Part shown: one piece after another, positions 48,149 through 58,020 of the stretch | Layout: every line of letters starts with the position of its first letter | How positions within the stretch are numbered: position 1 is the first letter of the stretch | Assembly (NCBI GenBank): GCA_001776775.1 | Contig: MFDD01000002.1 | Span: forward strand, 37,746 to 101,745 | Source: Candidatus Daviesbacteria bacterium RIFCSPHIGHO2_02_FULL_43_12 | GTDB lineage: Bacteria; Patescibacteriota; Microgenomatia; Daviesbacterales; UBA10151 | Length of the DNA stretch: 64,000 bases | Direction of reading: 5' to 3' | The notes under the pieces: generated by a model | Seen by the model: only the letters and a program-made list of their open reading frames with translations | What the model was told of the DNA's origin: nothing | Database searches by the model: none | Position numbers and translations under genes: made by a program

Positions 48149-48766
48149 ATGCCTGTCACACTATACCGCCGACAAAAACAAATACTCGATTTTATCAAGC
48201 AATATATCGGTAAATATGGCTATTCTCCAACTCTCGGAGAGATTGCCGAGAGCATTGGGGTATCTTCCCTTGCTACAGTTCATGAACACCTCCAAGCTCT
48301 GATCACCAAAGGACTAATCAAAAAATTTGAGGGGGCGGTCCGCGGAATTGAACTGCTGGATCAGAAGATCTCCGATAGACTGAGAGATATTGAACTACCT
48401 GTGCTGGGATTCATTGCGGCCGGACAACCGATCATGGCTTATACCGACCCGGATGCAACTATTTCCGTATCTCCACATCTGCTCTCCGGCAAAAAAAGAT
48501 CTTATGTTCTCCAGGTCAAGGGAGAGTCGATGATCGAAGATGGAATTTTAGACGGAGACTATGTGGTAATTGAAGAACAAAATACGGCTGTCGATGGAGA
48601 TATTGTAGTAGCTCTACTAGATAATGGACTGGCGACCTTAAAGAGATTTTATAAAGAGTTAAATAGAATTCGTTTGGAACCCGCTAATTCGAAGATGCAA
48701 CCGATCTATGCTACTGACGTCCAGATTCAGGGTAAATGTGTGGCGGTGATTAGGCGCTTCGGCTGA
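48149..48766 (+). CDS. lexA: SOS repressor LexA
   Basis: wHTH SPTLGEIA..ATVHEHL, cleavage site IAAG, GESM Ser, TLKR Lys. Confidence 0.97.
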   Translation: MPVTLYRRQKQILDFIKQYIGKYGYSPTLGEIAESIGVSSLATVHEHLQALITKGLIKKFEGAVRGIELLDQKISDRLRDIELPVLGFIAAGQPIMAYTDPDATISVSPHLLSGKKRSYVLQVKGESMIEDGILDGDYVVIEEQNTAVDGDIVVALLDNGLATLKRFYKELNRIRLEPANSKMQPIYATDVQIQGKCVAVIRRFG

Positions 48767-48812
48767 TACAGACAAGTAACAAAGGCTTACTCTAGGAAAT
48801 TAAAATGCTCAT

Positions 48813-49244
48813 TCAAATTTTAATGTCTAAGTAGTGGGTCTTCTCATTAAAAGTCACGCTCTGAAACAGATTAAAGAAGCCATCTCTTCCTAGCAATGCT
48901 ATTCTTTGCTCAAAACAGAAATCTGCCGAAACCGTATACTCATTACTATCAATTTTCAGTTTCACCTGTTTGGGAAATGCTTTTACCTGAGCGGATCCAA
49001 TACCCCCTATTGTAATGAATTTGCTTTTCTTGAAGCTAATACCTATTGATTCTCCTATATCTGCTGGTAATAAGTTTCTATCTGAGCCTGAATCGACTAA
49101 TGCAAGAAACGGTCGCGAGTATCGATGGCCATATTTAATGGAAATCATCACTAACGGAAAGAACATTTCCCCAATTATCTCTTGTGTAAGCGGATCTTTC
49201 TTAGGTCGAACTTCGTAGGATATACTAAGATCTGTTTTTGCCAT
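48813..49244 (-). CDS. Retropepsin-like (clan AA) aspartyl protease
   Basis: ALVDSGS, IGGIG flap, ALLGRDGFF. Confidence 0.85.
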   Translation of the reverse strand: MAKTDLSISYEVRPKKDPLTQEIIGEMFFPLVMISIKYGHRYSRPFLALVDSGSDRNLLPADIGESIGISFKKSKFITIGGIGSAQVKAFPKQVKLKIDSNEYTVSADFCFEQRIALLGRDGFFNLFQSVTFNEKTHYLDIKI

Positions 49245-49422
49245 TTGGGGAGTAGAATTGATCAAAGGGCATTATATATGACAATATGGCATCGTTTATC
49301 TTTTTTTTCTTAAGTTGATTGTCCACATCCTTATAGGATTTTCCCGATGCTATTACAGTAGATTTGTCCGGGGCTAGGGCCACCCACTTATTTTCATATG
49401 GTAAGAATATGTCTGATTTCAT
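49225..49422 (-). CDS. DUF5678-like small protein
   Basis: YENKWVAL..VIASGKS; overlaps the protease start. Confidence 0.8.
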   Translation of the reverse strand: MKSDIFLPYENKWVALAPDKSTVIASGKSYKDVDNQLKKKKINDAILSYIMPFDQFYSPNGKNRS

Positions 49423-49492
49423 ACTATAAGCATAGACTTTTTTCAAGATCCTGACAAGGTCCATTTTTAAATCGTAATACTATTACCAGGAT

Positions 49493-50002
49493 TTAGACGG
49501 CCTCACTTCTCGGTACTGATGTTCCCCCCCAGATGGTGTTGAAAATCTCGTCAGGGTCTCGATTTGGCGAGATATCCTCTAGTGCTGGATCTAAACGAGC
49601 TCCGCTCAGGCAATGTCGTCTGACTATTTGACGTAACTCATCTCTACCACCAACAAAGCCATTTCTCATCCACCAAAAGTACTGGGGAAGTGTTAGGTCT
49701 ACTAGCAGCTCTTTCCAATCTATGACTGCTCGAAGATAGGTATGATCAAAGCCCGGCTGGTTACTCTCTACTTCCTGAAGATGATAGCCAAAGGGAACCA
49801 TTAGCAGAGCCGTTTCTCGACCAATCTTCGCGCATCGGCCAGCTAAGTGCCCAGGCTTAAGCGAAGGATCTACTCTGGCCGGATAGATCGACATTCTACC
49901 TCGGAAATTGCGTAAGTTAGGATTAAACTCACCAAAATGCCTTTTTAATATATGCTCTAAGCTTAGCTTAAAATGAGGTATGGAGTTGGTAAAAGTTTCC
50001 AT
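49493..50002 (-). CDS. Hypothetical protein, possible Cys-His-Asp (papain/transglutaminase-like) fold
   Basis: AGRCAK, FDHTYL, LVDLTLPQY. Confidence 0.55.
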   Translation of the reverse strand: METFTNSIPHFKLSLEHILKRHFGEFNPNLRNFRGRMSIYPARVDPSLKPGHLAGRCAKIGRETALLMVPFGYHLQEVESNQPGFDHTYLRAVIDWKELLVDLTLPQYFWWMRNGFVGGRDELRQIVRRHCLSGARLDPALEDISPNRDPDEIFNTIWGGTSVPRSEAV

Positions 50003-50082
50003 AAAGCAGATTGTACTATAAGCACTACTTAGGCTAGAGCACTTGACCTGAGCTCCTTTAACCGGTTACACTAAAGTCTCTG

Positions 50083-50703
50083 ATGTCTTTTGACCTGCAA
50101 AGCCTATTAACAGGCGACCTAAAATCTATTATCGAAGCAGTAGGATATATGGGGGTATTCCTGATGGTTTTTGCTGAGTCCGGTATGTTACTCGGGTTTT
50201 TTCTACCGGGAGACAGCCTACTTTTTACTGCAGGATTCCTGGCTTCGACTGGAATCTTTGATATCACCTTTTTAACAATTGGCTGCTTTGTCGCAGCAGT
50301 TGCCGGAGATACCGGAGGATATTATATTGGCCGAAAGTTTGGGAAAAGATTATACGCCAGAGAGAACTCTAAATTATTCAAGAAAGAACACTTGGTCCAG
50401 GCTCAAAAATTCTACGAAAAACATGGCGGAAAAACGATCATTCTAGCCAGATTCGTGCCTGTTATTCGGGCCTTTGCTCCAGTAGTGGCTGGTATGGCAG
50501 ATATGAAATATTCTACCTTTATTTCATATAATATAATCGGGGGGTTACTTTGGGCTATTGGACTAACCCTGACCGGCTACTTTTTGGGTTCCCTTATTCC
50601 TAACGTAGATAAATATCTGCTACCCATCATCGGAGCAATTGTGCTCGTTTCCATAGTCCCTGGGCTGATTCATATTATCAAAGAGAAAAAGAAAACCTCC
50701 TAA
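50083..50703 (+). CDS. dedA: DedA/VTT family membrane protein
   Basis: FAESG..FFLPGDSLLF, ARFVPVIR. Confidence 0.92.
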   Translation: MSFDLQSLLTGDLKSIIEAVGYMGVFLMVFAESGMLLGFFLPGDSLLFTAGFLASTGIFDITFLTIGCFVAAVAGDTGGYYIGRKFGKRLYARENSKLFKKEHLVQAQKFYEKHGGKTIILARFVPVIRAFAPVVAGMADMKYSTFISYNIIGGLLWAIGLTLTGYFLGSLIPNVDKYLLPIIGAIVLVSIVPGLIHIIKEKKKTS

Positions 50704-50765
50704 ATCCCGAAGAGTTTAATTATCCATGTGACAAAAGTTCAATTTAGGTTTAAACTACAGCAGAT

Positions 50766-51458
50766 ATGCTAACCATCGTGCCAACTCCAATCGGAAATTT
50801 AAAAGACATCACTCTGCGCTCTTTGGAAGCTTTACAAGACTGTGATGGAATAATCTGTGAAGATACCCGGCGCACTAGCCTGCTTTTAAATAACTACCAG
50901 ATCAAAAAAGAGCTTTTCATCTTAAATGACTTTAATGAAAAAGCTCAACTAGAAAAAATCATCTCCATAGTGCAGACCGGTAACTATTGTCTAGTTTCGG
51001 ATGCCGGAACTCCTTTAGTCTCTGATCCAGGATTTAAACTAATTAGAGAGTGTCTGGCTAAAAATATTAAGGTCGATTCGCTACCGGGAGCCTCAAGTAT
51101 TTTACCCGCTTTAACTCTGTCTGGGCTTCCTCCGAATAGCTTCTATTTTTGTGGATATCCGCCAGACAAACCAGGCCATAGAAAACAGCTTTGGGAACAG
51201 CTCAAAGCGATCTCTGAGCTCTCGACTACTACCTTTATTGTCTTTATGGCTCCTTTTAAGGTTAATAAAACTCTAGTTGAGATGATAGAAACTCTAGGCG
51301 ATGTTGAAGTAGTTTTAGCTCGGGAGTTAACCAAAATTCACCAAGAAGTAAAAAAGCAAACGATCAGTCAATGGCTTGCAGAGTTTAAAAAGAAAAAACC
51401 TAGAGGAGAATATGTGGCCCTGGTTTATCTTCCTCAGGGAAGTACCAAGAATCAATAA
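50766..51458 (+). CDS. rsmI: 16S rRNA C1402 2'-O-methyltransferase
   Basis: TPIGNLKDIT, CEDTR, VSDAGTPLVSDPG, ARELTKIH. Confidence 0.96.
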   Translation: MLTIVPTPIGNLKDITLRSLEALQDCDGIICEDTRRTSLLLNNYQIKKELFILNDFNEKAQLEKIISIVQTGNYCLVSDAGTPLVSDPGFKLIRECLAKNIKVDSLPGASSILPALTLSGLPPNSFYFCGYPPDKPGHRKQLWEQLKAISELSTTTFIVFMAPFKVNKTLVEMIETLGDVEVVLARELTKIHQEVKKQTISQWLAEFKKKKPRGEYVALVYLPQGSTKNQ

Positions 51459-51475
51459 TCAAGAACCAAAAATCA
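51441..51475. repeat. Heptamer array AGAATCA-type at a convergent gene junction
   Basis: agtacca agaatca ataatca agaacca aaaatca. Confidence 0.75.
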
Positions 51476-52975
51476 ACTTGTTTTTTTACGGACAAGGCGG
51501 CGCTCGAGGAAGCCGATATGCTCATGGACAAAAGGAGCGGCCTCTTTGGAAACTACTACCCCCCAAACTCCCCGCTCAATCAAAAACTCTAAGACGTCAT
51601 CATTTAAACTATAGCTGCCAATACACAGAATGGGGATCTTTTCCTGATGCAAAAGTCTAATTGGTCCGTCCAGAAAGCTTAGCAAAGCATCTAATTGCTG
51701 CTTACCGGCGAAACTCGGTTTATAAAAAGCGCTTTCCGGCTCGTTGGGGTCGAACCCTCCAATCCAGGCAAAAAGTTCATCTAAATGAAGCAATGCTCCG
51801 TCAAAACCTACTTCCAGGTATTTTTCTAAATTCAGTAAGTTTTCCGGGACTGCTAGTTCTAACCACAGTTTAAGGGTCGATTTACGGGAAACACCAAGGC
51901 TGGATAGCTCTCTTTTGAGCTGAGTAAATTCGCTGACTCCACGAGTAAAAGGAATGGCAATATCAATATTAAGAAGCTGTTTTTTATTGCGGGCAAAAAG
52001 ATAAGCACTGACTTCGGTTCGCAGCAGATTATTTTGATGGAGCAGCCGCAAGCTACCCCTGATCCCTCCAACTTTATCAACTACATCAGACAGCCTAAAA
52101 ATTACCGGACTCTGGTAAAAAGTTTGAGCACATTCGATAAGCTGCAGAGCCTGGCGGTCAAAATCCGGACCCTCAGACTCGGCAGTGTCGGAGCTGACGG
52201 ACGCCGAAACCACCGCTCCCTGTACCCCTTCTACAAAATCAAACGAACTTGTCATTTGCAAAAAAACTTGTAGGGCACTCTGCCGAAAGACCTTTTTAGC
52301 CTCCTGGCGAGTTGAGACTGCCTGTTTTTCCTCCTGCTCAGAAACGGACAATTCTCCGCCATATGGTAAAAGTTTAACCAATTTTAGATGATCTATGGAC
52401 AGACCATCGATGATCCAGAAAAAAGTTTGGGGCAAAAGCAACATTTTATTTCCTGCCTGAACAATACCGTCAATTTTTTCTAAAAATTTTGAAGTAAGGC
52501 TGCCTTTATGAATTACTATCTGAGTATCGCTTAGCCCAGCGTTGTAATAAGCTTTACCGGAGTGCAGAATTTTAGCAGTAAAAAACACTGGGTGAGCCAA
52601 CAGATGGTTTGTGATACCCTTGGAAAATCCTTCTCTCCAAATACGCGAGCGGATATCCGATAGCCAGACATCTAAGAGGTTAGTCCAGGTCGCTTGGGGG
52701 TCGATCCGCCTTTTTAAAAGCTCGGCTTTTAGATCCTCGGGAAGGGGAATTTGGGATATTTCTTGCTTAACTAAAGTTAACCTTTGTTCAAAGATCTCAT
52801 GGTCTCTGAGATCGAAGTGCTCTAAAATCGTCTGCAGCTTGATGTGTGGAGGAAAAACAGCTATCCCATCAGCTACAGGAAGCCCGGCTCGTTGCAACCG
52901 TGCTAAGCGGACAAGTTCACCTCCGACTACGGGGGCATCTTGATCAGTAATTGATTTAATCGGCAGGTAATTCAC
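51473..52975 (-). CDS. Degenerate PEP-synthase/PEP-utiliser-like protein
   Basis: VGGELVRLARLQRAGLPVADG (PPDK_N start), IRGSLRL, IPFTR, LELAVPEN; no phospho-His domain seen. Confidence 0.7.
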   Translation of the reverse strand: MNYLPIKSITDQDAPVVGGELVRLARLQRAGLPVADGIAVFPPHIKLQTILEHFDLRDHEIFEQRLTLVKQEISQIPLPEDLKAELLKRRIDPQATWTNLLDVWLSDIRSRIWREGFSKGITNHLLAHPVFFTAKILHSGKAYYNAGLSDTQIVIHKGSLTSKFLEKIDGIVQAGNKMLLLPQTFFWIIDGLSIDHLKLVKLLPYGGELSVSEQEEKQAVSTRQEAKKVFRQSALQVFLQMTSSFDFVEGVQGAVVSASVSSDTAESEGPDFDRQALQLIECAQTFYQSPVIFRLSDVVDKVGGIRGSLRLLHQNNLLRTEVSAYLFARNKKQLLNIDIAIPFTRGVSEFTQLKRELSSLGVSRKSTLKLWLELAVPENLLNLEKYLEVGFDGALLHLDELFAWIGGFDPNEPESAFYKPSFAGKQQLDALLSFLDGPIRLLHQEKIPILCIGSYSLNDDVLEFLIERGVWGVVVSKEAAPFVHEHIGFLERRLVRKKTS

Positions 52976-53477
52976 TTATTGTTTGTACCTCTATAGTATC
53001 TCCTATATGTATGTTGTGTGAAGAGACAAAACCGCCGTTTACTTCTAAAACCATATCCGATTCAGTTTTAGGGGTATAAATGGGCAATTCGCTATCAATT
53101 TGGCCCTCCATCGGGGGTTGAATATTGGGCATGATATCCACAATCCGATTATTGCTTATAAAGATAATATCCAGCGGAAATTGCAGCCCTTTCATCCAGA
53201 ATCTTTGTTTAGCAGGTGAGTCAAAAATAAACAGCATCCCCGAATTTGGATCGAGCGAGGTTCGACCTCCTAAACCCTTAGCCCTTTTGGCCTTGGTGTC
53301 GGCAACATCGACTGTAATAGTGGTAGAAGCTATTTTTACTTGAGTTTGAGTTTCGGACGGAGTTCCTCCATCAAATCCTCCTAAAAAAGCGCTGAAGTTT
53401 TCGGGCTTTAAGGCATATTCCAGAAATAGAAAGGTTAATACGACCAGTAGAATCAGCTGAATGAAAAACTTCTTCAT
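52956..53477 (-). CDS. DUF192 family protein, membrane-anchored
   Basis: RAKGLGGR, GMLFIF, FWMKG..FPLDIIFI, VLEVNGG. Confidence 0.92.
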   Translation of the reverse strand: MKKFFIQLILLVVLTFLFLEYALKPENFSAFLGGFDGGTPSETQTQVKIASTTITVDVADTKAKRAKGLGGRTSLDPNSGMLFIFDSPAKQRFWMKGLQFPLDIIFISNNRIVDIMPNIQPPMEGQIDSELPIYTPKTESDMVLEVNGGFVSSHNIHIGDTIEVQTISELPAD

Positions 53478-53480
53478 TAA

Positions 53481-54041
53481 TTAATAATAACATGCTGACC
53501 AGAGGCCTTTTTTAGCAGCTTGGGCTTCGGCTTCCGCTTCTTTGAACCGACTAACTAATTTTACGTCTGGAGGGTAAGTACTAACCTGGGCAAATCCCGA
53601 CCTGACCAAGTAGTCGTTTAAAAAAAGAAAGTTTCCATCGTCTAACTTAATGTAAACAAAGCGCAGTAACCTGCCGAATTTATCAGTTTCGGAGACATCT
53701 TTTTGTAAACTGACTTGACGACCCAAAGCCAGGCGTTTGGTTTCGTTGGAGGCCTCATTGCCAAAACATTGGATCGGACGACGAGGATCAACTGTTTCAG
53801 GCGTATTGATACCTATTAATCGAACGGTCTTTTTTCCGCCGCTAATGGAGACTTCGAGGGTATCCCCATCCACTACTCGGGTAACGGAAACTAGCTGGGC
53901 GGAGGGAGTTGCTTCACCAAGGATTTGTAAAGAAGAACTGGGGCTAGACGTCAGGATAGTGGGCTCTCTTATTCCCTGGTAAATAAGGCTAATTCCGAGA
54001 ATTAAAGTTAAGATTAATACTAAGGTAGATTTTTTAAACAT
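53481..54041 (-). CDS. Thermonuclease (SNase) family, membrane-anchored
   Basis: RVVDGDT, VRLIGINTPE, DKFGRLL, KKGLW. Confidence 0.95.
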   Translation of the reverse strand: MFKKSTLVLILTLILGISLIYQGIREPTILTSSPSSSLQILGEATPSAQLVSVTRVVDGDTLEVSISGGKKTVRLIGINTPETVDPRRPIQCFGNEASNETKRLALGRQVSLQKDVSETDKFGRLLRFVYIKLDDGNFLFLNDYLVRSGFAQVSTYPPDVKLVSRFKEAEAEAQAAKKGLWSACYY

Positions 54042-54069
54042 TTCTTCTTTGACACTTTTCTGTAATGCC

Positions 54070-55026
54070 TTAATTAGAGAAGATTTGGGTGATCATTAGA
54101 CCGTATTCTTGACCGTCCATGATCCCAATCCCGATCTTGGCGTAATCAGTCGACAAGATATTGGCCCGGTGGCCTTCGGAGTTCATTAACCCCTGATGAG
54201 CCAAGCTTAAGCTCGGGGCATAAGCTAAGTTTTCCCCGATCACTAAAAAATCTATTTTGGCCACTTCTGCCCGATCAGCCACACTTTTGCCCTCCGGGGA
54301 ATGATGGGCAAAGTATCCTCTTTGGAACATATCCGCACTATGAGAACGGGCTATTTCGCGCAAAGCCGGATCAAATTGTAAAGCCGCAAGTCCCCGAGAA
54401 ACTCTCTCTTTATTCACCAGAGCAATCATGTCAGCTTCTTGTTTTTCATCTGGCAAGTAGTTTTTTAGGGTGAATCCTAAATTAATTGTCTCGTCACTTT
54501 TGGGTTTGATCGTTAAGAAAGCAAGGGAATTATTAGAGATTCCTCCAAAAACACTTTTAAAGGGGCCTTCAAACTCTTCGACCTGCGCTAGAATCCGTGA
54601 ACCGATTACGGAATTCTTAACCGCGATCTTTAAACCCGGATTAAGTGGAAAGGTCCCGATGATTAGTAAAATTAAGCTTACAAAAACTAGTCCCCGGAAA
54701 AAAGCCGGAATCATCGAAAAGGGCGCCAGCCGGGAGCTAGCGCGATTAACCCATTTTAGCCTCCAAAACCCCAATCGGATGAGGACAAAAAGCACTGCCT
54801 CGATGGCAAACCAAATTCCTACAAACCCTATAATATTAGCCAGGGCATGAGGAAGCTGAAACATGGTTGTCGAAAGCTTCGCAGCATAGTTGTAAAACCG
54901 TAAGGAACCAAGGAAAGCTATTGTAAAGGCTAACAGGTCAAGAATTTCCGCAAAAAAGTCCCGCCCAAAGCCTTCAAAGGTAAAAAATACTACAGTCAAG
55001 ATAATACCGAGATCAATCCAGTTCAT
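54070..55026 (-). CDS. CvpA (colicin V production) + CAP/SCP domain protein
   Basis: MNWIDL TM region; VNKER, HSADM..YFAH, GENLA, MNSEGHRANIL. Confidence 0.92.
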   Translation of the reverse strand: MNWIDLGIILTVVFFTFEGFGRDFFAEILDLLAFTIAFLGSLRFYNYAAKLSTTMFQLPHALANIIGFVGIWFAIEAVLFVLIRLGFWRLKWVNRASSRLAPFSMIPAFFRGLVFVSLILLIIGTFPLNPGLKIAVKNSVIGSRILAQVEEFEGPFKSVFGGISNNSLAFLTIKPKSDETINLGFTLKNYLPDEKQEADMIALVNKERVSRGLAALQFDPALREIARSHSADMFQRGYFAHHSPEGKSVADRAEVAKIDFLVIGENLAYAPSLSLAHQGLMNSEGHRANILSTDYAKIGIGIMDGQEYGLMITQIFSN

Positions 55027-55087
55027 CGATCTATTATCTAATAAATCCCCAATACTTACAAAATTACTGTATACTATGATCTAGCCT

Positions 55088-56026
55088 ATGGCCCAAGCAT
55101 ACTCAAAAGTTCGTCCCGTGGTCACTGTTTTAGTTCCTGCTTTTAATGAAGAAAAAAATATTTTAAAGGTTTTAAATAAGATTCAGGCTTCTCCATTCGT
55201 CAACGAGATCATCTGCATCAATGACGGCTCAACCGATAACACTTACCAGCTAATTAAGGAAATTAGGGGGATTAAGGTCATTCACTTAGCTAAAAATCAT
55301 GGCAAGTCCTACGCTATTGCCACCGGCATAAAAAAAGCCAAAGGGGAAATCATTGTGTTTGTGGACGCTGATATAATCGGACTGAGTAGTTCGTGTCTAA
55401 AACAGCTCGTGCTACCACTGTTTAAACACGAAGCAGACGGCGTACTTGGTTATCCCATGCAGTACAAAGTCGATAGGTTTTTTAAGCCGCTGACCGGAGA
55501 ACGAGCCTACTTCCGGAGTGACCTGATGCCTCATCTGTCAGAGCTGGCGCAGAAAGGCTTTGGACTGGAGCTTTTCTTAAATTATCTGTACAAGGATAAA
55601 CGGATCAAGGCAGTGCCTATCCAGGGCAAGAATATGATGAAACACCATAAATATTCAAGTTATTCCCAAGCTATCAAGGGGTTAATAATCGAAAACACGG
55701 ATATTATCAAAGAGATCTTTAAGCAAACCAAACCTTTAAATTATCTAAAGCATTCTTACCTGTATCCTTTTTATCTACAAAAGAAGGATCAGGTGAAGAG
55801 ACGAGAAAATTTTGTCCGAATATCAATAGTGGGATCTTTGGTAATTGGGATGGCAATATTTACTTTTCCAGCGTTGGTTAAAGCTCGAGCACCGCTTTAT
55901 CAAAATATCAAAATAGGTTACCAAAAGATGACTACGGCTATCGAACAAAAGGTCAAGGATTATCCGGTATTACAAGAGAGTTTAATGAAATCTGGCACCA
56001 AGGTCTATCGAAACTTGCGCCCTTAG
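55088..56026 (+). CDS. Glycosyltransferase family 2
   Basis: VPAFNEE, INDGSTD, FVDAD, LTGERA. Confidence 0.9.
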   Translation: MAQAYSKVRPVVTVLVPAFNEEKNILKVLNKIQASPFVNEIICINDGSTDNTYQLIKEIRGIKVIHLAKNHGKSYAIATGIKKAKGEIIVFVDADIIGLSSSCLKQLVLPLFKHEADGVLGYPMQYKVDRFFKPLTGERAYFRSDLMPHLSELAQKGFGLELFLNYLYKDKRIKAVPIQGKNMMKHHKYSSYSQAIKGLIIENTDIIKEIFKQTKPLNYLKHSYLYPFYLQKKDQVKRRENFVRISIVGSLVIGMAIFTFPALVKARAPLYQNIKIGYQKMTTAIEQKVKDYPVLQESLMKSGTKVYRNLRP

Positions 56027-56035
56027 GTCGCGTCT

Positions 56036-56062
56036 ATCAATCCCGATTTAATCGGGATTGAT
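56036..56062. repeat. Perfect hairpin between convergent genes (REP-like or terminator)
   Basis: atcaatcccgat-tta-atcgggattgat. Confidence 0.7.
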
Positions 56063-56128
56063 CATTTCTGACTGCGACACAAAGGGCCATAAACACACAT
56101 CCCTATGAAGTTATTTGCGGACGAACCC

Positions 56129-57916
56129 TTAGTATTTTTTATTCAAATCTATTTTTCGTAAACGAATAGTTTTGGGAGTCACTTCTACTAACTCTGAATC
56201 GTCAATATATTCTAAGGCTTCTTCAAGACCCATTACTTTAGGAATATTAAAGTGCTCAGAAACACCTTCACCCCGGGAACGCATATTGGTCTGCTGCTTT
56301 TCCTTGCAGACATTGACGCTCATATCCCCCGACCTTGCATTTTGACCGATTACCTGACCCTTGTATACCTCTGTTGCGGGAGCGATAAAAAGTATGCCTC
56401 GATCCTGAATCTGAGTTAAACCATAAAGTTTAGTGGAACCATTTTCAAAGGCAATCAAGGAACCACGATCTCTTTGGAAGGCCGTGCCTGTATCTTCGCG
56501 GTAGTCCAAGAAGGACGAGTTAATTAAACCAAGCCCCCGGGTATCGGTAATAAACTCACTACGATAGCCAAATAGCTCTTTGGTAGAAATCACAAATTCC
56601 AGATAAGTTATGCCATTATCGGAGTTCATATCCTGTAACTCGGCATGTCTAATCCCCAGCTTTTGCATCACTACCCCGGAGGAGTCATCCGGCACCTCGA
56701 TAAATAACCTTTCATAGGGAGTTAATTTTTTACCATTTTCGACTTTTTCGATAACCTGGGGGCGGGAGACCTGGAATTCGTAGCCTTCACGGCGCAATCT
56801 TTCTATCAAGATTGCCAAATGCAGCTCGCCCCGACCAGAAACTATCCACCCGCCCGATGTATCATCGGCTACGCGTAGAGCTACGTCAGTTTCCAGCTCC
56901 TTGTATAACCTATCCCGGATCTGACGAGAAGTCTTAAATTCTCCTTCTCTGCCGGCAAAGGGAGAGGCATTGACCGAAAAAGTCATCCGGACAGTTGGCT
57001 CCTCGATGGCTAAAAGAGGCAGCGCTATCGGATCCTGTGGATCAGAGATAGTTTCTCCGATGGTAATATCTGGAATCCCCGACAGGGCAACAATATCTCC
57101 GGCCTGGGCTTCTAGTGCATCGACTCTGCCTAGTCCGACAAAAGACATCAGAGAAGTCAGTCGAAATCTTTTTTGTTCGCCGGAGCGATTGATATGTACC
57201 ACATCTTGTCCGGCTTTTATCGTGCCATTGATTACTCTACCCGTGGCAATCCGTCCCTTGTAGTTGTCGGGGCTAAGGGTAGTAATCAACACCTGTAACG
57301 GACGGGTCGGGTCTCCTTGGGGGGCTGGGATATGTTCCATGATCGCTTCAAAAACCGGAGTAATACTAGTCATTTTACTAAGATCCGGCTCCAAACCAGC
57401 TAAACCATTTTTGCCTGAGGCGTAGACAACCGGAAAATAGGCCGCATCTTCATCGGCCCCTAGCTCCAGAAACAAATCAAAGGTTTTAGAGATAACGTGG
57501 TCTATTCGGGCATCTGGCTTATCGATTTTATTGACCACCACGATGATTTTAAGCTTCATGGCCAGAGCCTGTTTAAGCACAAACCGAGTCTGTGGCATCG
57601 GGCCCTCTTTGGCATCAATCAATAGCAAACACCCGTCAGCCATTTTAAGCACCCGCTCCACCTCTCCACCAAAATCGGCATGTCCAGGAGTGTCAATAAT
57701 ATTTATCTTGGTGCCGTTCCAGTCCACCGAAGCATTTTTTGAGAAAATAGTAATCCCCCGCTCTTTTTCTAGTTCGTTAGAATCCATGATCAATTCGGAG
57801 GTATCAGTGAACTCTTTTCCGAGCTTGGTTTGGGTTTGACGAAGAAGCGCATCAACTAAGGTAGTTTTTCCGTGATCAACATGGGCAATAATGGCAACAT
57901 TTCTAATATTATTCAT
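56129..57916 (-). CDS. typA: Translational GTPase TypA/BipA
   Basis: AHVDHGKTT, DTPGHADFGGEVER, NKID, GRGELHL, VEVTPKTIRLRK. Confidence 0.98.
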   Translation of the reverse strand: MNNIRNVAIIAHVDHGKTTLVDALLRQTQTKLGKEFTDTSELIMDSNELEKERGITIFSKNASVDWNGTKINIIDTPGHADFGGEVERVLKMADGCLLLIDAKEGPMPQTRFVLKQALAMKLKIIVVVNKIDKPDARIDHVISKTFDLFLELGADEDAAYFPVVYASGKNGLAGLEPDLSKMTSITPVFEAIMEHIPAPQGDPTRPLQVLITTLSPDNYKGRIATGRVINGTIKAGQDVVHINRSGEQKRFRLTSLMSFVGLGRVDALEAQAGDIVALSGIPDITIGETISDPQDPIALPLLAIEEPTVRMTFSVNASPFAGREGEFKTSRQIRDRLYKELETDVALRVADDTSGGWIVSGRGELHLAILIERLRREGYEFQVSRPQVIEKVENGKKLTPYERLFIEVPDDSSGVVMQKLGIRHAELQDMNSDNGITYLEFVISTKELFGYRSEFITDTRGLGLINSSFLDYREDTGTAFQRDRGSLIAFENGSTKLYGLTQIQDRGILFIAPATEVYKGQVIGQNARSGDMSVNVCKEKQQTNMRSRGEGVSEHFNIPKVMGLEEALEYIDDSELVEVTPKTIRLRKIDLNKKY

Positions 57917-58020
57917 AAATTAAGATCTGAAAACTCGTGTTAGATCTAAGATTTTAAATTTTTAAATATTTCAGACGTGTAATAGTATCATTTTCGAGGA
58001 GAAATAACAAATTTATGAGG

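Noticed and set aside
12834-51475. Heptamer arrays as CRISPR
   Set aside because: Units are 7 nt, adjacent, without unique spacers; no cas genes
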